This document shows, piece by piece, positions 11,101 to 20,400 of a stretch of DNA of 64,000 nt. The notes under the pieces are model-generated. The model was not told the DNA's origin. It saw only the letters and a program-made list of their open reading frames with translations, and did no database searches. The translations under genes were made by a program, and so were the position numbers. Each line of letters starts with the position of its first letter. The first letter of the stretch is position 1. The stretch is from Amphiscolops sp. MND2022. Lineage: Eukaryota. The DNA lies in assembly GCA_964187785.1 (NCBI GenBank), contig OZ076415.1, positions 24,676,001 to 24,740,000 on the forward strand. The letters run 5' to 3'.

Positions 11101-14100
11101 GATTGGCCCTGGAACCTTGCTGCGCCATTCAATACTCTGCGAACTTTGCCAGGTTTGTGCGGGTGCACTACAGGATGGTGTGGCAGGTACCACTCGCGGG
11201 GTTGGTCTAATTTGAAACAGTCGCTTTTGTCAACTTTGGTGATGTAACCTTTGTCGAAGTCGTCGTGAATTGTTTTGGCATAAAGTTGTTTCAATTCAGG
11301 ATCTTTGTCGAGGCGACGTTCCAACGATTTTAGCTGCACGAGCGCGGAAAAGTAGTTATTCGGCAAACTACTGTCAGCTTCGGTCCACAACATTCCCACA
11401 TGGTATCGGAGTTGGTCGGTAAGTTCGGAGTCGAATTCCTTGTTAGAAGCAACAGCTTTAAAACAAGTTGAATAGAGACCTGAGGACGAGGGGAGCGGTC
11501 CACTCAAAACCCAACCCAACGGTAAACGAACGGCAACTGGAGCATTTTTGCGGTCGGAATCAAAATACTCCAGCGGGCGGATCGAGTGGAAAACATCCTG
11601 ACCTAGGATCATTTCAACATCGGCGTAGCTGTACTTTTTCAAAGAGATTGGTTGCAAATGGGGGTACTTTGTTTTCAAAAGTTCGACATCGATGGTGTCA
11701 GTTCCGACTTTGAGGTCTTCTCTGACATACGGTTTAACAACAAAGGGAGAGCAAGAGCCACCCGAATGAACGGGTGTCAACTTAAGCTCCACCAGTTGCG
11801 TGTCTACGACTTGGTTGGAATTTATGCCATGGACAGTAAGCTTGGTCGGGGTGCCGTGTACGTTCAACTTCGTTGCCAGATTCGCTGAGATCCAGGAATG
11901 GCTGCAGGCAGAATCACACAGTGCTAGGACTTTTTCGCTTTTGCCGTTCGAGTGAAGTTCAACTTCCGTTACTTGTAATAGGCCTTTGACTTCAGCAACG
12001 GAAGGCATGCCTGAGCTCTCGTATGATCTTTCGTTTTTCACTGACGTTCCGACGCAACCAGATGTTTCAGTTTTGTCCTTGTTCACGCTAGTGACTTTCT
12101 TAGCAAAAATCCTGTCAGCTCCGTGCAAGAAAGTGTTGTGTGAACTCCCGCATCCATCTTTTGTACACTTGCGGGGTTGCGGGCACTGGCGAAACGTGTG
12201 GTTCTGGTTGAAGCATGAAAAGCAAAGCTTATTGTCAGCTACAATTCTTGCTCTTTCTGTGGGTGTTTTTCCTCTGAATGCTGGACATCTCCACAAAGGA
12301 TGTTTTTCTTTACAAGCGGCACAAGTGTTGGGCGGTTTGCCATTCTTAACTTTGGCGCTGGCACTTTGTTGACTAGAAGTCGTCGCTGCGAAAACCTTGG
12401 AAGCAGTCTTGGTCTTAGTTACAGTCACGTTGTTACTTTCTTCAGGTTTCGCTTTGTTCGGCAGAGACTTCATGCGCTCATGCATTTCGGCTTTGTCTTT
12501 GAGCCAGTCATTGAAATCAATGAGCGTCGGTCTGTCCAAAGTTCGCCTCACTGTGTGCAGTGACCATGCTTCTTTCATGTTTGGCGGAAGCTTTTGAACG
12601 GCTTGTCCAAGCAATGATGCGCTTGACAGGTCTTGGACGTAGTTTAGAGATCGGAAGACCCCGACTAGAGAACAAATTACTGCTGAGTAACTGATGATGC
12701 TCTCACTGTTGTGCATCTTCACGGGTGGAAAGTTTGCCAACTTATCCAGATAGGCAGTTACTACAGCCTGTGGCTGTCCAAACTTCCGTTCTAGTGTCTT
12801 TAGGGCGTCTCTATACATTGCTCCGCAGTAAGCAAATTCAGCGATAGCAGTTTTTGCTTTACCTGTAACAAGAGTCTTGAGGTATGTTAACTTGACGTCA
12901 TCGGTGAGTGGGGCTGAGTCTATGGCACTTTTGAACTGGCCAAACCATTCATGCCATTGTATCGGGTCACCATTATATTGTGTTAGTTTCCACTCTGGCA
13001 GATGATCTTTCTTCGTTGAAGCTAACAACAAGGCAAGATCTTGTATCGTGAATCCGGTTGTACTTGGTTGCATAGTCGTTGACGTTCCGGCTGGTACAAA
13101 GGTAGCGGCTGTTGGATTAAGAGAAGTCGTCGGTTGTGCTGTACTGTACAAAATTGGCGTTGTAACGGTTGCTGGGGGTACATAATAAACAGTTCCACCA
13201 GTGGTAACGGGTACGGTCGGAGCGGCATAGGTTGGCGTGTGAGGAACCGGTATGAATGTAGGTGCCGTCGGCTGTGTCGGGGATGGAATTGTTGTTACAA
13301 TCGGTGCGGTGGTAACGGTCGGGTTCGGGAAGGTCCAAGCGGACAAGTTGGGGAGGATGTGATTCACCGGCATTGTGAATGTGGGCATACGTGATGTCGT
13401 TTGTGGCGTTAAAACTTGTGCATTAAAGCTTCTAGTTTGGGTCGGGATGATTGTCGGTTGAACTTGTTGTTGTACTGTGACATCCGAGGTTGAAGGTCCG
13501 ATATTCCCAAAGTTTTGCGCTGTCAATGGAGGAGTCTGAATTTGTACCGCAGGAGTGTGATTTAAACTCATTGATGGAACGGTAGTTGTTGGTAGTTGTA
13601 CTGCCACGCTTGTTTCATTGGGATCACCTGGTGCGAAAATCGGCTGAGAGACATTAACCGGAGGTTGCTGAGATGGGATCAAAGCGGTAGTATTTGCGGC
13701 AGAAGTCGCTAGACTTGCAGTCACCGCTGTTACAGTCTCATGTTGAGTCGTGGTAACGATTGGCGAGTTGTTAACCCAGTCACTAACTCGGCGCGTTTCG
13801 CTAGCGTCTGTTGTTCTGCTCAACCGCGAGAGAATCTCATGAGCATCTTCGTTAGCTTCAGATGGGTCTTCTTGAAGTTCAAGTTCAATTAGATGCGCCT
13901 CTGCAAGTCGTTTGCGGTTCTCTTCTTGCAGTTGATCAAGTTCCAGCTCTTGCTTTTGTTTAGCCAGTCGTAAAGCAGCTTCGTTTTGCCTTTCTACTTC
14001 TTCTCGCTTGTGTTTGGCAATAAGCAAGTCTCGTTGGCGCTGACTTGAAGTTTTCGACGCTTTGCTGCTTGAAACTTTGCTAGACTTAGTCTTCACGGTG

Positions 14101-14516
14101 GCATCTTTGACTGAAGTTTGCGAAGAATTATCTGTTTTGGGACATTGATCGATATATTCCCTTGCGCTTCTCAAAATTCCGTCATTTTGTATGCTCGTGA
14201 CGTTCAACCATTTTTCTAGGTCTGCAGTGACAGTTGCCGGGTCGTTGGTTTTCTTGGCAAGCTCGAGTAGCTGTTCGTTCTTAGCGAAAGCTTTTGTCAT
14301 AGCCTCTTCGCAAGAAGTGACCAACCGTTCGACGCGGACTCGTCTATCGGCATTGTTTACTGCTTCTGTCACGTCTTTTTGATATCTGTTCAGGTCGGCT
14401 TCGGCTTTCGCGCGACTGTCATATAACTTTTGCACCTTTTCGTGAATGGGGTCGGACATGACGTTGTCAAATTTAGGGGATCGGTGGGCGTTTATACTTT
14501 TTCGGACGGCAACCAA
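8169..14516 (-). CDS. BEL/Pao gag-pol polyprotein (first ATG at 14459)
   Basis: Open 2115-codon frame. DUF1759-like gag (YNGDPIQWHEWFGQF, KLTYLK), three Cys/His knuckles, protease LCDSACS, RT (PHHPV, ADIEGMFLQV, FYMDDYL), RNase H (LHMFGDSS, KARVAP, IPKLELQA, WTDS), integrase (HPILL, H..H..CVTC, GIDYFGP, SDNGTNF, GGVWER) and a DUF5641-like tail. Confidence 0.95.
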   Translation of the reverse strand: MVAVRKSINAHRSPKFDNVMSDPIHEKVQKLYDSRAKAEADLNRYQKDVTEAVNNADRRVRVERLVTSCEEAMTKAFAKNEQLLELAKKTNDPATVTADLEKWLNVTSIQNDGILRSAREYIDQCPKTDNSSQTSVKDATVKTKSSKVSSSKASKTSSQRQRDLLIAKHKREEVERQNEAALRLAKQKQELELDQLQEENRKRLAEAHLIELELQEDPSEANEDAHEILSRLSRTTDASETRRVSDWVNNSPIVTTTQHETVTAVTASLATSAANTTALIPSQQPPVNVSQPIFAPGDPNETSVAVQLPTTTVPSMSLNHTPAVQIQTPPLTAQNFGNIGPSTSDVTVQQQVQPTIIPTQTRSFNAQVLTPQTTSRMPTFTMPVNHILPNLSAWTFPNPTVTTAPIVTTIPSPTQPTAPTFIPVPHTPTYAAPTVPVTTGGTVYYVPPATVTTPILYSTAQPTTSLNPTAATFVPAGTSTTMQPSTTGFTIQDLALLLASTKKDHLPEWKLTQYNGDPIQWHEWFGQFKSAIDSAPLTDDVKLTYLKTLVTGKAKTAIAEFAYCGAMYRDALKTLERKFGQPQAVVTAYLDKLANFPPVKMHNSESIISYSAVICSLVGVFRSLNYVQDLSSASLLGQAVQKLPPNMKEAWSLHTVRRTLDRPTLIDFNDWLKDKAEMHERMKSLPNKAKPEESNNVTVTKTKTASKVFAATTSSQQSASAKVKNGKPPNTCAACKEKHPLWRCPAFRGKTPTERARIVADNKLCFSCFNQNHTFRQCPQPRKCTKDGCGSSHNTFLHGADRIFAKKVTSVNKDKTETSGCVGTSVKNERSYESSGMPSVAEVKGLLQVTEVELHSNGKSEKVLALCDSACSHSWISANLATKLNVHGTPTKLTVHGINSNQVVDTQLVELKLTPVHSGGSCSPFVVKPYVREDLKVGTDTIDVELLKTKYPHLQPISLKKYSYADVEMILGQDVFHSIRPLEYFDSDRKNAPVAVRLPLGWVLSGPLPSSSGLYSTCFKAVASNKEFDSELTDQLRYHVGMLWTEADSSLPNNYFSALVQLKSLERRLDKDPELKQLYAKTIHDDFDKGYITKVDKSDCFKLDQPREWYLPHHPVVHPHKPGKVRRVLNGAARFQGQSLNNALLTGPDLLQSLIHILIRFRQHKYAVSADIEGMFLQVGVIPKDQPSLRFLWREDPAAEIAVYQYVRHIFGSKDSPTCANYALKRTGSDNQDAFPEAAKSVHRNFYMDDYLESSPTVEEASNKAKDLVALLAKGGFNLTKFVSNINHLSAELQQSGELAPTDEKVIPKPDESSHVLGLKWNHACDTFVVSRGTSPATNKKLTQRVVLSVVSAVYDPIGLVAPFTVQARLLLKDIWRLSGQQWDDDLPDEVVTKFNEWSKELPTLSEIQIPRSYFEARVETLELHMFGDSSQDVFSAVAFLRGKVDTTTGYTTELAFVFGKARVAPMKALTIPKLELQASLLAARLRKEIENALTVRVANTFMWTDSTTVLQWLHSLEKQPVFVTNRVAEILELTTVDEWNYVKSSDNPADAGTRGLSANSLRDSPWLKGPSFLRTHDWLFKPPKEVEVKLKAKKSDTPLSEQETSEFLTALSATVIGIATTFEWQKYSSYEKLLRVVAYILRLLPKNEGYRSDSGLVTDPNEMRNAELRLFYLIQQESFPVELKCLLKKSPVSNSSKLSQFSPFIGPQGLLRATGRTKQLTVSNFDAKHPILLDSRHPAVRLYLEQLHETHCHQGVDYMRALVQQQFAIVKLRTALRSIVSKCVTCRKRRAETLNPIMSDLPRERLAFQERPFTNTGIDYFGPFYVAVKRSTEKRWGFLFTCLTTRAVHFEVVPSMDTSSCVMGIERFAARRGVPSVLWSDNGTNFIASEKELLQNVSAWNQQILSEVLVKKRNHWKFNPPSAPHHGGVWERIVRSFKHVFYAILGNRRLTDEILTTTFCLVEQSLNSRPLVPVSCDATDFDALTPNHFLLGTAGSTMPSHQRADFDHRKRYARAQAYSDAIWDRWLKDYVPSLNRRSKWSAQPDQDLKIGDLVWIVEPTSPRGHYPLARVVKLNYGTDAVARSAELKTATGNLIRPVVKLAPVLPSPDSPNLT

Positions 14517-14887
14517 ACAATTAGGTTTGGATACTGTTCAGGAAAAGTTTGGTGGCAGAAAGAACGGTGTTTATCGGTGACAACACTGTGTTTGTAAAGC
14601 GCTTCAACGAAAAAACTGGCGATTTTTTTTTTGTTTTAAGTTAAAAGTAGTCACAGACTACGAGGACGGAACACGATAAACTCAAAGTCGCGTCGACTCA
14701 ACGCGGTCTCAGTTGACGGTGGTGCGGGTGAGGGACGAAACGTTTTTTCAGAGTATCAACCAGTCAGTCAAGACTGGACACAACTCTGAAAAAAGAAGGA
14801 AGAGCTGAAGAAACTTCAACCGATCAGTGAAGTTCGGACACTGTCTCAACAGCTGGAAGGAGCGGGGGGGGGGGTTGTTAACTGAGA

Positions 14888-15497
14888 TTAAAAAGAGGCA
14901 GCGGCTCTCTTCTCAGCGTTACGGGCACGCTTATTTGACCGTTTGGGTCGGCTCTTATCAGTTATTGAGGATAGTGCGTTCTCTTTACGGAGCAGAAAGT
15001 ACAAATTTTTCAGTTCAAGCTCAGGGCTTTGATGCAAAGCTTTAAATTTTTTCAAAAGGTCGGCATCCTTCTGTTTTTTTCGGAGAAATAAAGTCTTTGA
15101 CTATATTGAATACTTTGATATCAAGATCGGTTTCCAATGTTTTCAATGATTCAAAGATCTCGGGGGTACGAAAGCGGTGGCAATACACCAGAGCACTGAG
15201 TTTTTTCTGAATGCTTTTCAAAATTTCAATCAATTCGGACACTGATAATGCACAGAAGTTGTTACTATCGTGACGAGAAATGCTGTTATTTAGGACATCG
15301 TGCCAAATAACAATGTTGTTTTTATCTTTCAGATCTTTCGAAAGCAAATTTTGGACAATTTTCTTCGAATTTTTCGTCAACGGATTAAGACTTAGGCCCG
15401 GGATGGGATAAATTTTGTCATTGAAATGTTCTTTTTCATCGGGAGTTAACGTTTCTATTGCATGGTGCAAAGAACTAGCGGCCAATATGAAAACCAT
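14888..15497 (-). CDS. Accessory ORF (~203 aa after one frameshift), SGNH/GDSL hydrolase-like
   Basis: MVFILAASSL...IPGLS...IVIWHDVLNNS... then, after a shift in the 7-T run at 15074-15080, KKQKDADLLKKFKALHQSPELELK...KRAAASF* with the stop at 14888. S, G, N and H candidates occur in SGNH order. Fold assignment is by eye only. Confidence 0.55.
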
Positions 15498-15649
15498 GTG
15501 TGTTATTTTTTTTACAATACTTTGCGGAATCAGAATTTTTTCTCTCAAAATTTTTTTCTTTCGGCTACACGGATTATCAAAGGGCGGTTACAACAATTTT
15601 TTTCAAATTGGAAATTGGAACAAGGTTACATTGAGTTTTCGGGACAGTT

Positions 15650-16420
15650 TTTTTTACAAGAAGCAAAAAATGAAAAAAGCACTCAGGTTTCCAAATTCTT
15701 TGCCGAGTTTTAATCAATAAATAGGATTTGGACCCCTTTTTGGGTTCTGTTTAAAAGAAGGGTATCAAATTTTTGTGCCTTTTAGGAAAGTGGTACTTTG
15801 GATTTTTTCATCAATCTCCCTTTTCAAAGTTCGTAAGAAACTGGAAGTTTTAAATAACACAAAAAGTTGTCTCAAATTTGACAAACTTTGCTATCTCGAA
15901 GATTAGCACAATAATGTTTCGTCGGGTTATTGGTTTTTTCAAGAAACGCTTTGCAAATAATTAATACTGAAGCGCAAAGTTTCCAAAGTTTTTTCTTTTT
16001 TCTCGGGTACTCACGACCATGAATTCATATTCGGGTTTAGCCTTCAACGGGTCTGCAATGATGAATGTCTACTGTTGAGGTGAATCTCTGAAAAAGGAGT
16101 TCCAGGGATAGCGTTTTGAGATCCATAGGTATCATCCTTTACAAAGATGGACGGCTTGCAGATGTTAAACCGCCTTTTGCCCGAAATTTTTATCAACTTT
16201 TCTGTTCCTGATATTTCTTTGGTGAATCAAAACACATCCAAAGTGAAGCCACACTCACAGACGTTGATTCCCGAGACTTTGAATGGAATTAAAGCATATG
16301 AAGTACTTTGGAAGGTTTGGATTTAAACACAATTAGGTGATAATGCGATTGGTAAACAGGTACAGGAGCACGCGATCAGAAACTCATGTGTACTGGTGAA
16401 ACGTATTGAGGTAAACTCAT
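15650..16420 (-). pseudogene. Decayed accessory ORF of unknown function (~250 codons) in the BEL 5' leader
   Basis: Stitched translation from the ATG at 16420: MSLPQYVSPVHMSF*SRAPVPVYQSHYHLIV...VWLHFGCVLIH...YLWISKRYPW...FIIADPLKAKPEYEF...HYCANLRDSKVCQI*DNFLC...YPSFKQNP. Multiple stops and frameshifts. The 3' boundary is approximate. Confidence 0.5.
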
Positions 16421-16580
16421 TCATGATAAACGAAAGAAATTTCTTCCTCAATGATTTGAGCCCAGAATTGGCCTAATTCGGAGCCATGAACAATATGTTT
16501 ACCATAATTATACTTCTGAACCGGAAGCAACAGAAGGGTAAAACGTATCTTCAAAAAATTAAACGAACGATGAATCTCGT

Positions 16581-16598
16581 GCCTCTCTATGGCCACCA
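16581..16598 (-). other. Primer-binding site of the BEL/Pao element
   Basis: TGGTGGCCATAGAGAGGC directly abuts the 5' LTR and is complementary to a tRNA 3' end ...CTCTCTATGGCCA-CCA. A GGCC-type acceptor suggests tRNA-Ile (inference). Confidence 0.8.
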
Positions 16599-16981
16599 TA
16601 AAAGAGTGTTATAGAATCCGGTCTCTACATCTCGTTTTTTAGAGAGAAAGCAACTGAATATTGTATTGTTCTCGTGCCAATAATGAATATCAACTGGTGT
16701 CATATGAATTCAGAAAGCTACAATGGTATAAATGAAGAAACTGTCAAAATAACAAAAGTTGTTTACTAATATAGACAATCAAATTAAAATTTCGAGACAG
16801 CAAATTATCGAAAAGAGTATTTTAGTGGAAAACGGTATTTTAGTGATTTTTTACCAAAGACTCCGCCGGTTCTGAGAATCGAACTCTAGACCTTTGGAAT
16901 AGAAACCGAACGCGCTAAGCTATTGCGCTAAAGTGCCTTGTTATTTGTTTATTTTAATCCAATCATATTGTGTACACAACA
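16599..16981 (-). repeat. 5' LTR of the BEL/Pao element
   Basis: 383-bp direct repeat of 7625-8007, followed on the minus strand by the TGG PBS and flanked by the TSD ACTGT. Confidence 0.95.
16864..16937 (-). pseudogene. tRNA-derived (Arg-TCT-like) sequence inside the 5' LTR
   Basis: GGCACTTTAGCGCAATAGCTTAGCGCGTTCGGTTTCTATTCCAAAGGTCTAGAGTTCGATTCTCAG: A-box TAGCGCAATAG and B-box GAGTTCGATTC. Confidence 0.65.
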
Positions 16982-17400
16982 ACTGTAAATGTAAACCAAT
17001 CGTTGAACATTTGTTCCCATTTGATTACTGCAACACTTGAAGGGAATGAGTGTCGTGATAAGTAATCCGCCATTCCTAATATTCTTCCCGTAGTAGGTAC
17101 AACGGTGAATTCGAATGGAAGTAGTCTATACACCAATTTTGTTGAACGACTAGAAAATGTTTTGTTCGCTTTGCTCGCTTTCAGTACTTTTGTTAAAACT
17201 CTGTGATCAGATACTGTTTCTAATTCATTTCCGTACACATACTTATTAAAATGATCAATTGACCATATTACTGCTAGTAATTCCATTTGTTAAATTGAAT
17301 TTTTTGCTTCGAATTCCGTTAAAAATCGAGATGCGTACGCAATTGGTTTCCAACTTTTTTTCGTTGTTATAGTACTGCCCTTAGCGTCTCATTTGGATTC
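16982..17400 (-). pseudogene. Ty3/Gypsy RNase H fragment (host element upstream of the BEL insertion)
   Basis: WKPIAYASRFLT...ELLAVIWSIDHF..YVYG...SDH...LLPFEF...GMADYLSRH. Confidence 0.85.
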
Positions 17401-17419
17401 CGTCGCAACATATTCTTAA

Positions 17420-20400
17420 CGGACGGTTTCTTTTGAAACGTGTCAATTCAACTACTTTTTTCACATGAATATTGATGTTAACGTGGAACCGGAACTGATT
17501 GAAAACACTTTGAGGACAAATGTGTATTGATGAACTTGTATGAATTGAAGTGAATGTTAACTGGCTTTTGCTTCATAGGCTTTTGCAAATGGTTCTCAGT
17601 TTTAACTGAGGTATAGGCATTTGACAGGTACTTATTTACAAGCATTGTTTTTTACTCGTTTTCACTTTTTATCACATTGCCCCGATTAATTGTGGCGGCA
17701 CATATGATCAATATTAAATAAAAAAAACACCAATCAGAATTATTAACCAATCACTTGGTTAAACTTCACTGCGGCTTCTTTTTCTTTCTTGTCGAGTTTC
17801 ATGACGTCGATGCCATAGCGTTTTGTGGGGACTCTCTTCCTCTCCAGGATTCTCAATGGTCCGCTTTTTGGTTTTTCCCACGAAGTTGATGCTCTTTCGA
17901 GGACTTGGGTTTTTTGTGGGCGACTGCTTCTTCTCTATGTCTTGGCATTTTTCCTCGTGACCTAAAACTACGCTTTTCGTTCTCTCTCAGCTTTTGTCAC
18001 AGTGGAGCTAATCTCAGTAATTTGGGGAGCCTTTCTTCTTCAAAGTCGAAAACGATCTCGGGGTTCTTTCTCTCTTCCTTCTTTCTCCGTCTTTTGGAAT
18101 ATCTGTACTTGTTCTCCGCTTTCGCTCGATTTTGTTGTTTCTGCCACCACTGCTTCACCTCTGGATTACTCTTCTTTTTCCCCTTTTGCTCATTGGTCGC
18201 TGTTGCGAAGTAGTCTCTTTTGGAGCAAGTTTTTGGGGTGTTGGACGACTTAGAGAGGATGGTAATGGTATGCGTTGACTCTTTGATCATTCTGCCGTTG
18301 ATCAGTCTTCTTGCTGAAGCAGTTTCTAGTTTTCAGCCCCGGGTATTCTCTCTGAACAACACAGTTGGTTCAAGTTCGTCCTGGAAGTCTGACGGATGAA
18401 ACGCCACGTTTGGATCTTGTTCTGAAAAATACAACAACCCCTTTAATTGGTTAGACTTCACCGTGCTGGGGTTTTTCCGGATATGTTGCTCGATCGGCGA
18501 CCTTCCATGTTTCTTCTTTCTTACTCCTAACGCATATTCGTACTTGTCCTCAGGTAGAATTTTTTGCTTGTTCGTTCGCCGTCGTTTATTTGTTGTTCGG
18601 AATAATCGTTCGGTTTTTCCATTTCCTCTATGATCCCGCGGCGGGCATGTGTTTTATCCCAAACATTGTGCAAAACTTGAAAATTCCACGCTTACAAAAA
18701 CTGTTCCTGGATCTGTTCGTATTTTCCTTGGGACAATGTATTGCGCAAAATTATGCTTTAAAAGCTCTATTACTTTCTTTGTCGTTGGGCGATAAAAACT
18801 TTGCATCTGGCCAGCGTGAAAAACGATGTCCTGAGACCTGCATGTACTTTTCTCTGCGTTTTGAAAAACCCGGCAAATTTTAGTGCTGCTTCCTCTTAGT
18901 TCTGCTACCTTGCTTACGGTATTTTGCCCATTTGTTTTCTTTCTTTCTTTTGTACCTTTCTTCATTATATTTCGGAAAGGAAAACATCCTGCTGTCAAAT
19001 CCGAAAGAATTTATTCAACTGAATAACTGCACCTAGACACAATCTCAATTCTTTCAAACTCATTGGTCGCAATCTTTCTGTGATCAATTGCACTAATTCC
19101 AAAATTGGCGATACTCCTGTTTTGGTCAAGTCAAACCCGAGCCACTCGATTTGACTTTGCGCAAATTTGCATTATTCTGTTTTTACTAACAATATTGCCA
19201 AATCTAATACGTTAAGTATTTCCTGCACTTTTGCCATATGCTGTATCTTTGTTTCTTTAGTTACACTTAAAATGTCATCGATAAAAACAATTACTTCTCT
19301 AAACCTAGCTAAAAAACCGTCCCTTACCTTTTGAAACTCTGTTGGCATTACCGTCAGACCAAAAAAAACTTTTACAAAACGGTACGTACTTATTGTTTTT
19401 TTGCCAAAAATTTGGAAAATACAGTTTTTTGCCGTAAATGCTAGTAACGAGACTTGGCAATATGCGTATTTTAAGTCTACTGATGAGTACCAAATATCTC
19501 TGTTTTCGCTTGCTAGCGTTTCCGCTGTCATTTCGATCAAAGTTTTCAAATTTGGCGTTTGATATTCGTCTTGGTGAATCGCCTTTTTCAGCGCTCTTGC
19601 TTCAAGTGCTATCTTCACCGACCGGTCTTTCTTTACCATTATTACCGACGGCTGGATGAAAACTCGTCAAAAAATTCATCAATTTTTTCAATATGGCCAT
19701 CTTTGAGTTATCTTTTTATCCCCGAATCAACCGCTTTTTGCATTTGAAGGAGTTTTGTTCTTCCTCTTTGTTGAGAAATTGTGACATCTTCTTTCATTTT
19801 CTTTTACTTTTATAGTCTTTTTTCCCTTTTCTCGAGAAAAGTTTTAAGAATTCTTTTGCGATTGTTTTTGTTTCTGCACTTAACTGTTCTACTTCTTTCT
19901 CAGTTCCATTAATGTCTGACTTACCCACTGGGTTTTGGACCAACTTGAAGTTTAAAGCTGGCCACCACTTTCTTCCCGCTATGGACTTCATGCCTTCTTT
20001 TGCAACAAAAATAGTTGCTTTCTTGAAAAAACAGAAGACGTAGCTCAAAAGGTTTTTGGTTTTAACGTTGAAATCTACATGTTTTTCCCGTTCTATCATT
20101 CTTCTGACTTGGAGGCCTTTCCTGCGCATGATCTTTTTTATCTCGTGAACAGCGAAGATAATGACAGTTGATCCGGTAAGTGTCATTGTTTTGGAACGGA
20201 AACCATTTTTTCAACCTCCCATGTAAGTAGTAGGCACTGTTTTCTGTGTCCCTTCAGCTTCAATGTTTAGCATTATTTCGTCGTTTTCAGAACCTTCTTT
20301 CTCTCAATTTTAGTCCACTCTTTACACTCTTTTGGCATTTTGGTCACGTCTGTTAAAATTCCTTGGAATGGCAATTTTCCAAGTTGGTCTTTCTGTTTCG

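Larger units (their letters stand above)
7625..16981 (-). mobile_element. Full-length BEL/Pao LTR retrotransposon (9357 bp) with 5' accessory ORFs
   Basis: Two 383-bp direct repeats differing at 5 sites. TSD ACTGT at 7620-7624 and 16982-16986. PBS and PPT adjoin the LTRs. Gag-PR-RT-RH-IN polyprotein with Pao-type motifs. Confidence 0.95.

Noticed and set aside
8107-14382. Many short plus-strand and alternative-frame ORFs overlapping the BEL gag-pol
   Set aside because: They are antisense or frame shadows of the long coding ORF, with no independent motifs.
16864-16937. Functional tRNA gene, or self-primer for the element
   Set aside because: Acceptor and anticodon stems do not pair properly, and its 3' end is not complementary to the PBS.
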